DNA of 64,000 nt, taken from IMG/VR virus record IMGVR_UViG_3300045988_095709, positions 1 through 64,000 of that record. The stretch is one strand, 5' to 3'. This document shows positions 9,605 to 19,329 of the stretch, piece after piece. Origin of the DNA: a virus. Position numbers and translations under genes: made by a program. Each line of letters opens with the position of its first letter. Position 1 is the first letter of the stretch. Under the pieces are notes generated by a model, which had not been told where the DNA came from, did not search any database, and was given only the letters and a program-made list of their open reading frames with translations.

Positions 9605-10132
9605 TTATTCGTACAATTTCACACCAGTAACTCCGATGTTTATTTCGCACAAAGGATCTCCTGATCCTGGTAATCGTACTACTTTAACACCGTCTTTGGA
9701 TTTTATATCCACTCTACTAGTGATTCGGTCGTTTATAGAGAAACCTTTAGTATTGATATCAGTTTTAACACCATACCTTGCAGCATCGAATAATCGATCG
9801 ACAACCATGTCGTATTCCTTGTTTATTATAGCGTTTCGTATAACCTCTTCACTTAATCCTTTAAGTAGAATATCGTTTACGTTAGCTTTTTGTCCAGAAA
9901 GTGCTGCTACAGTTTTCATGGCAAAATCAGTAAAAGATATAGTTTTCTCGTCACCAATCAACCGATTCCACCAAAGACACCTTGTCTTTCCTAATGTGAT
10001 GGAACCATCATCGTTTATGGTAACACTACTATATAATTCTAATTCTTTTTTGTCAATCAAATTGTGCTTTATAGTGTCATCTAAAAACAATATTTCGATT
10101 TCTTTTTTACTTTTTAATGATAACGTAGACAT
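9605..10132 (-). CDS. Hypothetical protein
   Basis: 175 aa ORF. The antisense 172 aa ORF is treated as a shadow. Confidence 0.6.
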   Translation of the reverse strand: MSTLSLKSKKEIEILFLDDTIKHNLIDKKELELYSSVTINDDGSITLGKTRCLWWNRLIGDEKTISFTDFAMKTVAALSGQKANVNDILLKGLSEEVIRNAIINKEYDMVVDRLFDAARYGVKTDINTKGFSINDRITSRVDIKSKDGVKVVRLPGSGDPLCEINIGVTGVKLYE

Positions 10133-10134
10133 AA

Positions 10135-10743
10135 TTAATCCACATTTACATTGATGTCAACGCGTACCTGCTCGTTCTTCTTGTCCAACTGGCGATAGTA
10201 CTCGATGGCACTGGTTTCATTATAATCCATCGTCGACTGAATGATATCCCGTTGCTTCTTGAGAGCCTCAATAAGCTTATCAATTCGTGCGATTTCGTTT
10301 GTGTTCGACGGATTGAGCGTATTGACCAACTTCTTCACGTTAGAGAAGAAGATGTTCTGTGTATCCGCCTTGTTGATTGCCTCTGCGATGTTGTCTACAG
10401 AAACTTCTTTTGTAAACTTCGAATTGTCGATCGGGCAACGAATCTCAACAGACTCTCCCGACTCGTCTACGCGCCCTGGATTTATAACTATGACATTACT
10501 TCCGTCGACATCCTTAGCCAAATCCAAACTTACGATATCGATAGGAATGATTTTAAAACGATACGGAGATCGATTGGTAGTTAGGCCGTTTTCTTCGTTT
10601 GCTTGCCGTAACTCTTTGCCGAAAGCTAAATTTGTTGCTATTTTCTTTGCTTTATAAATACGATGACCAAATAACTGGCCAAAGTTTGCCATGTTTACAC
10701 GATTGTCTTCAACGATTTTTACGTTGATCTTTTTTGCTTCCAT
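10135..10743 (-). CDS. Hypothetical protein (GC-richer, probably well expressed)
   Basis: 202 aa ORF. Composition looks clearly GC-richer than its neighbours. Confidence 0.6.
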   Translation of the reverse strand: MEAKKINVKIVEDNRVNMANFGQLFGHRIYKAKKIATNLAFGKELRQANEENGLTTNRSPYRFKIIPIDIVSLDLAKDVDGSNVIVINPGRVDESGESVEIRCPIDNSKFTKEVSVDNIAEAINKADTQNIFFSNVKKLVNTLNPSNTNEIARIDKLIEALKKQRDIIQSTMDYNETSAIEYYRQLDKKNEQVRVDINVNVD

Positions 10744-12679
10744 AATTTTTTAAACCCTTTTTGATTTTGTCCATGATCGGACAGCGGTTATACATATGTT
10801 AAATAAAATGTTTTTTGTAAAGGATTTTCGGAACAGATTAATTTATATATAAATTACGCTTTTTTACTTACAGGTGATACGAAATCCAACGGTAGGATAT
10901 ACTAAGTCGCACAACTGCAAAGAATCCCATTCAAAGCTATGAACGTCTGTTTTAAATTCAATTATTTTCTCCTTTACTAAAATAAGATGTTTTATTTTTA
11001 TTCATATTACATATTAATGTTTCAGGAATCTATAACATGTAATATGAATTTTGTTTTTCCCACAAAAATAATTTCTTCTTACTTTCCCATTAAGAAGTTT
11101 TGCCATTTGTTCAGTCTTGCGATACTGATTAGGATGGCTCCACTGTTCTCCCTTTACTCGTGGCAGGTAGAACAATCAATAGTCTCCACGTACTTTTTAA
11201 ACGTAAATTCCAAACGTTTCATTATCGGACACTCTAGCCTTCAGAGGGTATCTACGAGTCTACGGTGGTTATTCGACGGAAAACCTTGCTAAAAACCATT
11301 TTTATTTATAGTACACGAATATTTTTGATTTTAACAAAGTACATACTAAACAATTATCACCCACTTATATTTTCCTAACGTATAGAGACAGTATACGCTA
11401 GAGTGAGATTTGCACTCACATGCATACGCTACTGCACTGCACTAATAATACAAGCTGCCTATATATTTTTCTGTACGGGTTCTGTCTTTAGCGGGAACAT
11501 ATATTGTTGCGCAATATACTTTATCGCTGACTACCCAATAACGGTTGGTACTCGAACTTTCCGGGAGTTACTTCTTACTTACAACATAAGGTTGTTCACA
11601 TCCGGAGGACATCAATTTTTGTTAAACATGTTAATTATATTTGATATGTAGTTTTCTCTACACCTGGACATAATATATTTACATATTATTTTACTTATGC
11701 TTAAATCATCTATGCATCATCGCAATATCTATCATTATTCTTACTGTTCTTTCATCTTTACGATAAATATTATAGATAATTATGAAAACATGTCATAATA
11801 CTTCATATATTACTTAAATTGGCGCTGACGGAGGTCCATTATAACTGGAGTGTTATACTTCGAATCAGTCAACGTGCGCTTATAACAACTAATAGTAAGC
11901 ACTAACTATCGGATCTTTGATTGTCAAGTAATCATCTAAACACATTTCATATATACATGATGTTGCTAAGATATCAGTATATAATTCTGTCTTCAGTCCT
12001 ATGAACGCGGACTCTAGACGCTATGTATATGCCAAATACATCTAGTCATTCTACTTTTATATACCGCATGAACGACCAAGGCCTGGCGGTCTTATCTCAT
12101 TATAAGACGATAGTTTTCTCAGCCATTGATTTTTACCGTATCCCTGAATCCTTTGATGACTCAAAAGACTACTGAATCGAACAGTACGGATTTAATTTTA
12201 GACACTGTATTTACCATACAGCTTGAGCTATTTGTCATATTCTGATCTAAATCACAGAACATCTCTCAAGTCCTTCTCTATCGCTACCTTATACCCTAAT
12301 AAAATTTTCATCCCTTTATAATCGCTTTGGAGGCGACAAACACTAGACTAAGCAAAATAGTACATCATATAAAGTTTGGAATTTTATATGTTGCAGCACT
12401 TGTTTTCGGTTACCGACATTACCTGTACTAAATAATGAAGAGTATAGCTACCGGTTCGTTTCGCCTGATTGTCAACTCAGGACTTACGCGTCTTCCAATA
12501 AACATATCGCCAGACGGTTCTCATATGTATTGATAGGGTTGAATACAACGCTCTCCCTACTTACATAATGTTTTTCACGCATTATGCATTTCGCCCTATC
12601 TTTTGGGTATCTCACCGCTTTAACGGATAACATATTTTCGGGCCCAGTCAATTTTGAAAATTTATGAATGAAAATCGTT
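10744..12679. other. About 1.9 kb ORF-poor island; candidate large structured RNA(s) or decayed genes
   Basis: Only two implausible plus-strand ORFs (101 and 82 aa). Spot checks show TAA/TGA in all minus frames within about 30 codons even if TAG is read through. Composition is more balanced than in flanking genes. T-arm-like TACTG-TTCGATT-CAGTA on the minus strand at 12170-12186. Confidence 0.4.
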
Positions 12680-12704
12680 GGAAAGGGCTAATGAGACCCT
12701 TTCC
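12680..12704 (-). terminator. Stem-loop downstream of gene 12718..13113
   Basis: GGAAAGGG-9 nt-CCCTTTCC lies 14 nt after the TGA stop. Only a weak T-run follows. Confidence 0.5.
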
Positions 12705-12717
12705 TTGATTATTCTAT

Positions 12718-13113
12718 TCAAGATAGTCCATCGCACAGACTATCTGGAACTGCTATCGGCTTTTGGATCGTATCATAATCTCGCGCTTTAAATATATGAT
12801 ACTTAGTTGAATCCAAGGTTGCTTCCTTCCGAACCTTTTCGACTGCTATATACAGTACAGGCACATACAACGTGTCATGTACTGCATAAGGCACTCTTTT
12901 TGGTTTGTCACGATATACAATACTGTCTACGTATACAGTATCTATATGTGTTCGATCTTGTCCCCGGTTATTGGACAATTTTAAATCGAATGGCATACTG
13001 GTAAGTACAGTAGAGGCCATAGCTGTAGGTGGATCTTTACTGTTGTTCAAGCCCACTATTGCTCCAAATAAGAGCAAGCACAGACTACTTATAACTGTTG
13101 TCAACTTTTTCAT
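12718..13113 (-). CDS. Hypothetical exported or membrane-anchored protein
   Basis: 131 aa. N-terminal hydrophobic segment MKKLTTVISSLCLLLFGAIVG. Confidence 0.6.
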   Translation of the reverse strand: MKKLTTVISSLCLLLFGAIVGLNNSKDPPTAMASTVLTSMPFDLKLSNNRGQDRTHIDTVYVDSIVYRDKPKRVPYAVHDTLYVPVLYIAVEKVRKEATLDSTKYHIFKARDYDTIQKPIAVPDSLCDGLS

Positions 13114-13219
13114 ATTGATTATGAATTTTCGGCTTTTTTTTCATATTTTTCATTTAGGCGATTGTATACTCTTTCGAGATTTTTAGATAACTTGCCGATT
13201 GTTTTTATACAACCGCCGA

Positions 13220-14722
13220 TTATTTTTTTCCTTTTTTGTCGGCTAATGTTTTTTTGCCTTCAGCCTTGTTGTTCTTTTTATCCTCCTTTTTCTGTTCAGG
13301 CTTTGTTTCAGGCTTTTTTGCCGGCTCGTTCTTCTTAGAATCGGTCTTACCCTCTTCTTTCTTTTCTTCCTTCTTTTCTTCTTTGTTTTCGGCAGCCCTT
13401 TCTTCCTTTTTAGCTTCTACGGCAGCCTTACGCATTTCTTTGAGTTCCTCTTCGGTATACTTTTGAAGTTCATGCACATTTTCGATTCCGTAGTCCATGA
13501 TCTTTGTACCCTCGTCGCGGAATAAGTTCACAATATAGCCAGCATACTGCTGAATATTGCTTATGTAATTCTTGTATGCAGTGCCGTTTTCGTTAGGATA
13601 GAATGCGTTCTTTATCCTACCGACAATCTTCATACATGTAGCATCTTTACTTTCGTATTTTGTAGGAATGCTTTCGATGATAGACACGTCCGTATTGAGC
13701 ATATCCTTAACGATATCGTTATAATGCTTGATAGAAGCTTCGTACTTCTTTACAATACTATCGTAATCTTTCATGTTCTTATCGAGAGCGTCGATATTCT
13801 TCTTTTCGCTTTCGATAATGTTGTTACATACGAACTTGACGATAGACTTCACGGCGTCTGCTATAGACTGATCATCCCACTCTACAGTATTTGTTTCTTT
13901 GTTTGTGAGATTCTGTCTGAGCACACAGAACGCTGTTATCGGCGACTTTTCTAAACCGATAGATGTTGCAAGACCTCTACCGATTCCCTTCATCAGGAAC
14001 GAAGGTTTAACGAATGAGAATATGTCATCCATCCACTCTTCCATCGTTCTGTTATCGTACTTAAGTTTTGCTTCCGCAGCATTCTCGGCTTTATCTGCCA
14101 TGTTCATACGATAATCGTGCATGAAGTCTACGGCGTTTACAATTGTATCTTTTATGCTCTTTCCTGTCTTAGGACCAACGATCAAGATATAAGAAAGCGC
14201 TTTTCTTAAATCCTCTTCTGATTCAATCTTCTTAGGATCGAGTTCCGGCTTCTCGTTTTCCAACTCTTTCTCATTCTTGAGCGTTTCGCGAGCCTCCTTC
14301 GAGATAGAAATCTCATCTGCAATCACTTTTATCTTGCCCTCTTTCTGAGGAAGTGATTTGATATTAGGTAACTTAATACCCATATCGTTTGCGGCTGTGA
14401 TGAGCTGCGGATACATCTTGTTACTCAGAACTATACCAAACGCTGTGTTTCCATATACAGCCTCGTCTGCTAATGCGGCTACAACACCTGCAGCGATGAT
14501 TTCATTCATAGATTCACGAAGCTGAAGAGAATACTTTCTTTCAGCGTCCGGATCTTTTCTGAATACGTCGTTTGCCAGATTTAAAAGCTCTACTCGATGG
14601 TTTGCGTCGAGAGCCGAACTTGTTGTTTTCAATGCGTCTTTTCCTGCGTTAACCAATTCTACTGTTGTTTCAACTGTCTCTTGCTGATTAACGTCTGCTG
14701 GAATCTTATTCTTCTTTGCCAT
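13220..14722 (-). CDS. Hypothetical protein with Lys/Glu-rich C-terminal tail
   Basis: 500 aa and GC-richer. The last ~75 aa or so are KE-rich low complexity. N-terminus MAKKNKIP... resembles that of 17760..18254. Confidence 0.7.
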   Translation of the reverse strand: MAKKNKIPADVNQQETVETTVELVNAGKDALKTTSSALDANHRVELLNLANDVFRKDPDAERKYSLQLRESMNEIIAAGVVAALADEAVYGNTAFGIVLSNKMYPQLITAANDMGIKLPNIKSLPQKEGKIKVIADEISISKEARETLKNEKELENEKPELDPKKIESEEDLRKALSYILIVGPKTGKSIKDTIVNAVDFMHDYRMNMADKAENAAEAKLKYDNRTMEEWMDDIFSFVKPSFLMKGIGRGLATSIGLEKSPITAFCVLRQNLTNKETNTVEWDDQSIADAVKSIVKFVCNNIIESEKKNIDALDKNMKDYDSIVKKYEASIKHYNDIVKDMLNTDVSIIESIPTKYESKDATCMKIVGRIKNAFYPNENGTAYKNYISNIQQYAGYIVNLFRDEGTKIMDYGIENVHELQKYTEEELKEMRKAAVEAKKEERAAENKEEKKEEKKEEGKTDSKKNEPAKKPETKPEQKKEDKKNNKAEGKKTLADKKGKK

Positions 14723-14806
14723 TTTGATAATGTTTTTAATTGTTAATAAATATTTTTAAAAGTTAAACGAAAATTAAATGCCCTAAACTGTCTGGATTTC
14801 TAAATT

Positions 14807-15172
14807 TCAAGATGTGTCAAAGAAACTTATATTGTTTCTTGGTTTTTTGGGTTTAGAAACCACGTCGTCATCATTAACATTTGAGTCTTCTTGTATTTCA
14901 GGTACAGTATCATTACTTTCTATAACCATTACATTTGTATCTTTTGGGATTACAAACGTTGTATCATTATAGATAGTAATGTTATCTGTACCTGTATACA
15001 ATGCTTCTTTGTTAATTTTATTGACGTTTTTTACATTAGATACTACCGTTCCACCGATGAATCCAGTCATCATCGACATTAACAGTATCCAGAATAACTT
15101 ATTACTCTTATTATAACGGGCAATTAAGAGAATAGTGGTTATTCCAATTAAAAAACTTAATAAATTTAACAT
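14807..15172 (-). CDS. Small membrane protein (possible sigma-factor partner)
   Basis: 121 aa with two N-terminal hydrophobic helices. Overlaps the end of the sigma factor gene by 7 nt. Confidence 0.55.
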   Translation of the reverse strand: MLNLLSFLIGITTILLIARYNKSNKLFWILLMSMMTGFIGGTVVSNVKNVNKINKEALYTGTDNITIYNDTTFVIPKDTNVMVIESNDTVPEIQEDSNVNDDDVVSKPKKPRNNISFFDTS

Positions 15173-15684
15173 AGCTTTTTTAATAATTTTCTACTTCTAT
15201 GCAAATGTGACTTAATAGTTCCTTCTGGCATTGAAGTTATTCTTTTTATTTCTTTAATTGACAGATTATTTATATAAAATAAAGTACAAATCAATTTTTG
15301 TTTTTCTGACAAACTGTTAAAGTTTTTTATCATCGATTCGTAAGTTATCTTATTTTCTGTGTCACATTCTTCACTTTTTATGTTTTCAGTAAAGTCTGTT
15401 TCTTTATGTTTCATTGTTCTCAAATAATCTATAGCTACGTTTTTCGCTACAGTTCTTATCCAACCCTGAAACGTATTATAATCTGTAAATTTGTTTAATT
15501 TTTCGTATATTTTCAAAAATACAACATTTGTTAAATCTTTTGCTTCATCCATATCTTTTACATATGTATAAAGTAAATTATCAACAAACGTTTTGTATTT
15601 TTGAAATAGAGAGTTAAAAGCTTTTATAGATCCAGCTTTTGCGTTCTTTATGATCTCTATTTCTTCTAGAGTACAAGAGTTCAT
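15166..15684 (-). CDS. ECF-type sigma-70 family RNA polymerase sigma factor
   Basis: 172 aa. Region 2-like DEAKDLTNVVFLKIYEKL...QGWIRTVAKNVAIDYLR. Region 4-like LSIKEIKRITSMPEGTIKSHLHRSRKLLKK. Confidence 0.75.
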   Translation of the reverse strand: MNSCTLEEIEIIKNAKAGSIKAFNSLFQKYKTFVDNLLYTYVKDMDEAKDLTNVVFLKIYEKLNKFTDYNTFQGWIRTVAKNVAIDYLRTMKHKETDFTENIKSEECDTENKITYESMIKNFNSLSEKQKLICTLFYINNLSIKEIKRITSMPEGTIKSHLHRSRKLLKKLC

Positions 15685-15685
15685 A

Positions 15686-16078
15686 TCAAAAAGGTAAATC
15701 TTCTAACGAAATTGTAGCTAAGTCGTTATTTACATTTATCGCTAAATTATCCAAAATATTAATTCTGATTTCTCTATCCAACTCTATTTTGTTTAACATG
15801 GATGTACATATTCTTAATTTTATTCTAGACGTTTCCATATTGTCTTCGCCTAATTTAAGAATGATGTTTTTATTCACCCAATTTAACCAATTTTTTAATT
15901 CGCCAAAATAAAATTTTTGTTTTACTTTTTTGCTTATTGGTTCTATACAAACTGTAGATTGTTCGATATCGTATTTATAAATATCTTTAACGGTTCTTGC
16001 AAATTCGTACTGCTCTAATAATTTTGGTTTTTCTACCAAATTCGTTAGTTTTTCGATTACTGTTTCATTGAATAACAT
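15686..16078 (-). CDS. Hypothetical protein ending in SSB-tip-like LEDLPF
   Basis: 130 aa ORF. Confidence 0.6.
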   Translation of the reverse strand: MLFNETVIEKLTNLVEKPKLLEQYEFARTVKDIYKYDIEQSTVCIEPISKKVKQKFYFGELKNWLNWVNKNIILKLGEDNMETSRIKLRICTSMLNKIELDREIRINILDNLAINVNNDLATISLEDLPF

Positions 16079-16083
16079 ATTCT

Positions 16084-16527
16084 TTAAGTTTCTTTGTCAA
16101 ACTTATTGAACAACGATAGTGCTTGTTGGTTTGTGATTTTGTATTCGTAGATAAACGCGTTCATTATTTTTGTAAACGGTATTCCCATAGAACACAGACG
16201 ATGATACATATGTTTCATACTTATCAATTCGTCCGAGCTCAAATCCAGAATACCGTCAGCGCGAAAACTACTACTTGGGAAAGCACTAACGTTTATGTTA
16301 TCTATAACGGAAAAGCTCCATTTTTCAGGAAATAATAGAATATTATTCAGTATCTCCTTTGGAGCTTCTTTAATAGAGTTTCCATCTATCAATGAAGATA
16401 GAAGTATACTTTTCCCTATGGATAATGTAGGGAACAAACCAGTTACCTTAATAAGGCATACGTCTTTTCCCCTCTGGGCTATATATAACCCTGAGGATGT
16501 TGGAAATCGGTCTTTAAATGTTTCCAT
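16084..16527 (-). CDS. Hypothetical protein
   Basis: 147 aa ORF. Confidence 0.6.
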   Translation of the reverse strand: METFKDRFPTSSGLYIAQRGKDVCLIKVTGLFPTLSIGKSILLSSLIDGNSIKEAPKEILNNILLFPEKWSFSVIDNINVSAFPSSSFRADGILDLSSDELISMKHMYHRLCSMGIPFTKIMNAFIYEYKITNQQALSLFNKFDKET

Positions 16528-16969
16528 TTTTGAAATAAATTTGTTTGTTTTTAACTAAAAATTCTGATAGTTTTCTACCTAGAGAAAACTTTTTTGCAAG
16601 TTCTTTTTCAATTTCTTCATCATTTTTACCTTTAGCTTCAAGATCTTTTATTTCCTGAAATACAAACATAGAATTTCGAGCAAACCATCTTACCCACGAA
16701 TGGATACCTGTCCAGTATTCATATTCTTCTTTGTTTTTGATTATGTCTACATCGACAGTATCTATGAATTCTGATTTTTTAGGATTCATTAGATTTTTTA
16801 TAGTTTCGCTCTTTTTCTTTTTTATTTCACTTTTATTCCAATGATTGTTGTACCGTTTTACATAACAACGATACACACGTTCTACATATGCCTTTTTACA
16901 TCGGTTGTATTTTAACGCTAAATCCCACACTACTGGAATTCGATCGCGTATCATATCTCTGTATCCCAT
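16514..16969 (-). CDS. Hypothetical protein (start moved to ATG 16969)
   Basis: The track ORF extends to 17017, but its first 16 codons overlap the tRNA-like element. The internal start gives MGYRDMIRDR... Confidence 0.55.
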   Translation of the reverse strand: MGYRDMIRDRIPVVWDLALKYNRCKKAYVERVYRCYVKRYNNHWNKSEIKKKKSETIKNLMNPKKSEFIDTVDVDIIKNKEEYEYWTGIHSWVRWFARNSMFVFQEIKDLEAKGKNDEEIEKELAKKFSLGRKLSEFLVKNKQIYFKNGNI

Positions 16970-16984
16970 AGTTATAAATTTATG

Positions 16985-17048
16985 TTGGTAAGTGAGGATT
17001 CGAACCCCACCTACCATTTGTACGTTTGGCGAATAGGTGTACTTACCT
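16985..17048 (-). ncRNA. Truncated tRNA-like element (about 64 nt)
   Basis: T-arm TGGGG-TTCGAAT-CCTCA. Acceptor AGGTAAG/CTTACCA has an A1-A72 mismatch. Only 32 nt lie between them. Confidence 0.3.
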
Positions 17049-17180
17049 ATTGACTAATTCTTACGCTACGCAAGAATAGTCGATGACATTTTTAGTGCCG
17101 TTTAAATTTTAAAAATGAATCTCGTACTTATTTCTTTGATGCAATCAAACGCCATTCATCCCCTTTGTATTTTGTTATTG

Positions 17181-17223
17181 TGGAGATGGAGGGAGTCGAA
17201 CCCTCGTCTTACATCAGAACATC
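17181..17223 (-). ncRNA. tRNA 3'-half-like element (T-arm plus 3' acceptor strand; no 5' partner found)
   Basis: GAGGG-TTCGACT-CCCTC followed by CATCTCC A. No GGAGATG within 550 nt upstream. A short GATG/CATC helix closes it. Confidence 0.3.
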
Positions 17224-17437
17224 GTACTAATAACGATTCTTTTTGTGGATATGTAGAATGGCCGGTTCTACATACCCTAAATACGTTATAACTTAATTTA
17301 TTTGCCATTTAATTCGTTTCTAATTTGTTAGTAATCTTAAAATGATTAGCTACTTCATTTTAAAATTTTAACGCGTCAGAATTAAATTAAACGGCAAATA
17401 TAAGCATAACGTTTGTGTAAGGTTTACGCATAGATTA

Positions 17438-17627
17438 CTGATTCTAAGATTCTTGTAATTTTGCGTGTATCATTCTTTGAATTAGAATATTTTGCGTTTG
17501 TTCGTAGCATAGAATGAACTAATAGCATGATTCTAAGATTCTAAATATTCTGTCATTTTTGAATGACTTACATATTAAACCCCCTGTTTTGGGTCATTTT
17601 TAATCCCTACGTGATTCTAAGATTCTG
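17438..17627. repeat. Three copies of motif TGATTCTAAGATTCT (17438-17454, 17527-17543, 17611-17627)
   Basis: Identical 14-nt core GATTCTAAGATTCT in an ORF-free 780-nt spacer. The fourth copy is at 1894-1910. Confidence 0.7.
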
Positions 17628-17759
17628 TAGTACATGTTAATTCATGTATGTATACGCTTTCGACTTACTTAATCTCAATATTAACGCGTTTCATATATAC
17701 ATTTTCGTGGTTCAAAGACTCTTGAAATGGATAAAATGATATTTTAACAGTTATTCGTA

Positions 17760-18254
17760 TTAGAATGTAACACTATAACCGCTATGATCCCATGACCATG
17801 TAGGCCAATCGTGGAATGCATTGTCCAATTCCGACTTCTCAGTCCTAAACTGGTCGTCAACTTCGCGGAATTCCTTCCTGCGGGCATCCATAAGCTCGTC
17901 AATCTTTTTGTCATATTCGGTAAAAGTTATTTTACCTTCTGTCAATTCGTCAAGCAGCGCTTTTGTCTTGTCTGCATACATCTTTCCGACTTTTGCATAC
18001 TTTCGCTGGCGGCGCAGATCGATGACCGACTTAAGATTGAGATATTTTGCCTTCATAATACAGCTTTTCAGTTGACGTATCTTTTTTTCATCGCCTTCTT
18101 TTTTCAGCTCTTCCATAGCTTTTGAAGCGATGTCGGCATTTACAAGATTTCCGTTTCTCAGATCATCAATTAATTTCTGACTGTCTGTTTCTACAGAATC
18201 TGTTGTTTCTACTGGTTTTGATGCCTGTTCTGGTACATTTTTGTTTTTTGCCAT
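17760..18254 (-). CDS. Hypothetical coiled-coil protein
   Basis: 164 aa and GC-richer. N-terminus MAKNKNVPEQ... and the upstream box are shared with 13220..14722. Confidence 0.65.
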   Translation of the reverse strand: MAKNKNVPEQASKPVETTDSVETDSQKLIDDLRNGNLVNADIASKAMEELKKEGDEKKIRQLKSCIMKAKYLNLKSVIDLRRQRKYAKVGKMYADKTKALLDELTEGKITFTEYDKKIDELMDARRKEFREVDDQFRTEKSELDNAFHDWPTWSWDHSGYSVTF

Positions 18255-18290
18255 TTTGATAATGATTTTAAAAAGTTAAACAATGTTTTA

Positions 18291-18878
18291 TTATTTTACA
18301 GTAACATGTATTCCTACATCACTGTTTATTCCATCTTCTTTAGAATAGTCGTGTTCTTCCGAGAAGTAGTTTTTGTAAATCTTCTTTACGATACATTCGA
18401 CTTCCGATGTGTAGCCATAACGATTTGCAACACCTGTATGATATATAGGATTTGTTGCTAACGTTTTTATTGCACTTATCAATTTATCTTCTTCTGAATC
18501 TGTATTCGAAAGATTTTTTGTTTTAGATAATGCATAAGCTAATGCACCGGTGATCATAAAGAATAAATTTGACTTATCCGGATTGTTTCTGTACGAATTC
18601 AGTTCGAATTTTTCACTTAAGAACTTTATGAGTTCGTCTCCGTATAATATCGCCTCTTTTATTTCTTCCGATTTTGTAAGACAACGTTTTTCTTTGATAG
18701 CTATTATTTTTGCTAATTCTGAATCTACGTCGTCTTGTGTGAATTCAAACACGTTTGTTTTTTCACAATCGAGATCTTCTTTTACGACACTTGCTATTCT
18801 TGCAAATGTCGCTTGTAGTTTGTCAGGATCTACGTCCTTGTTCAAACGCCATACAACCACTATTGTTTTATCCTTCAT
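18291..18878 (-). CDS. Hypothetical protein
   Basis: 195 aa ORF. Confidence 0.6.
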   Translation of the reverse strand: MKDKTIVVVWRLNKDVDPDKLQATFARIASVVKEDLDCEKTNVFEFTQDDVDSELAKIIAIKEKRCLTKSEEIKEAILYGDELIKFLSEKFELNSYRNNPDKSNLFFMITGALAYALSKTKNLSNTDSEEDKLISAIKTLATNPIYHTGVANRYGYTSEVECIVKKIYKNYFSEEHDYSKEDGINSDVGIHVTVK

Positions 18879-19329
18879 TTTTCACTGTCTTTTTTACGTT
18901 AATAATAGTGTCTTCGTTTTTCTTTAACGTGACAATGTCCGTGGATTCCTCTTTCGGAATGTCCTTGTCTTTGCCATCTTCGAACATGTACTTATAGACG
19001 GTTTCGTAATTTTCGATGTATTCCCTCGCTACCGTGTAAGGTCGTATGTTTCCGTATTTATTTTTGCAAACACGGGCAATCTCACACAATGTAGTCGTTG
19101 GCACACTGTACAAAACGTCTTCGTACGTCTTTTCCGTTTTCTTGTTTATCACATAGTGAGTAAACTCTTCCGGCTCCGCAAAACACGGATCCTTTTCGTT
19201 CTGGATGACATTCTTTATTACTTCGGTGAAGTACTTTTCGTCATCACTTTTACTGTTTTTGTGTGCACATGACACACTCATTGCGCACATAATTGCGACA
19301 ATGACACAACCAAATAAGAATTTTTTCAT
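18868..19329 (-). CDS. Putative lipoprotein
   Basis: 153 aa. Signal sequence MKKFLFGCVIVAIMCAMSVSC with a lipobox-like SVSC. Confidence 0.55.
   Translation of the reverse strand: MKKFLFGCVIVAIMCAMSVSCAHKNSKSDDEKYFTEVIKNVIQNEKDPCFAEPEEFTHYVINKKTEKTYEDVLYSVPTTTLCEIARVCKNKYGNIRPYTVAREYIENYETVYKYMFEDGKDKDIPKEESTDIVTLKKNEDTIINVKKTVKNEG

Noticed and set aside
9636-10657. Long plus-strand ORFs (9636..10154 at 172 aa, 10241..10657, 10252..10584) and the many other antisense ORFs in the track
   Set aside because: They lie antisense to better minus-strand genes. Their composition is Ser/Leu/Phe-rich and low in complexity, which is typical of shadow ORFs.
10987-11651. Plus-strand ORFs 10987..11292 and 11403..11651 inside the ORF-poor island
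   Set aside because: The sequences are hydrophobic, Cys-rich and implausible. They have no start context and sit on the strand opposite the surrounding operon. They are kept only as part of the island.
16985-17223. tRNA fragments as attP cores of a temperate phage
   Set aside because: No integrase or excisionase is visible in this window, and there are several different fragments. This is not excluded, because the rest of the genome is unseen.
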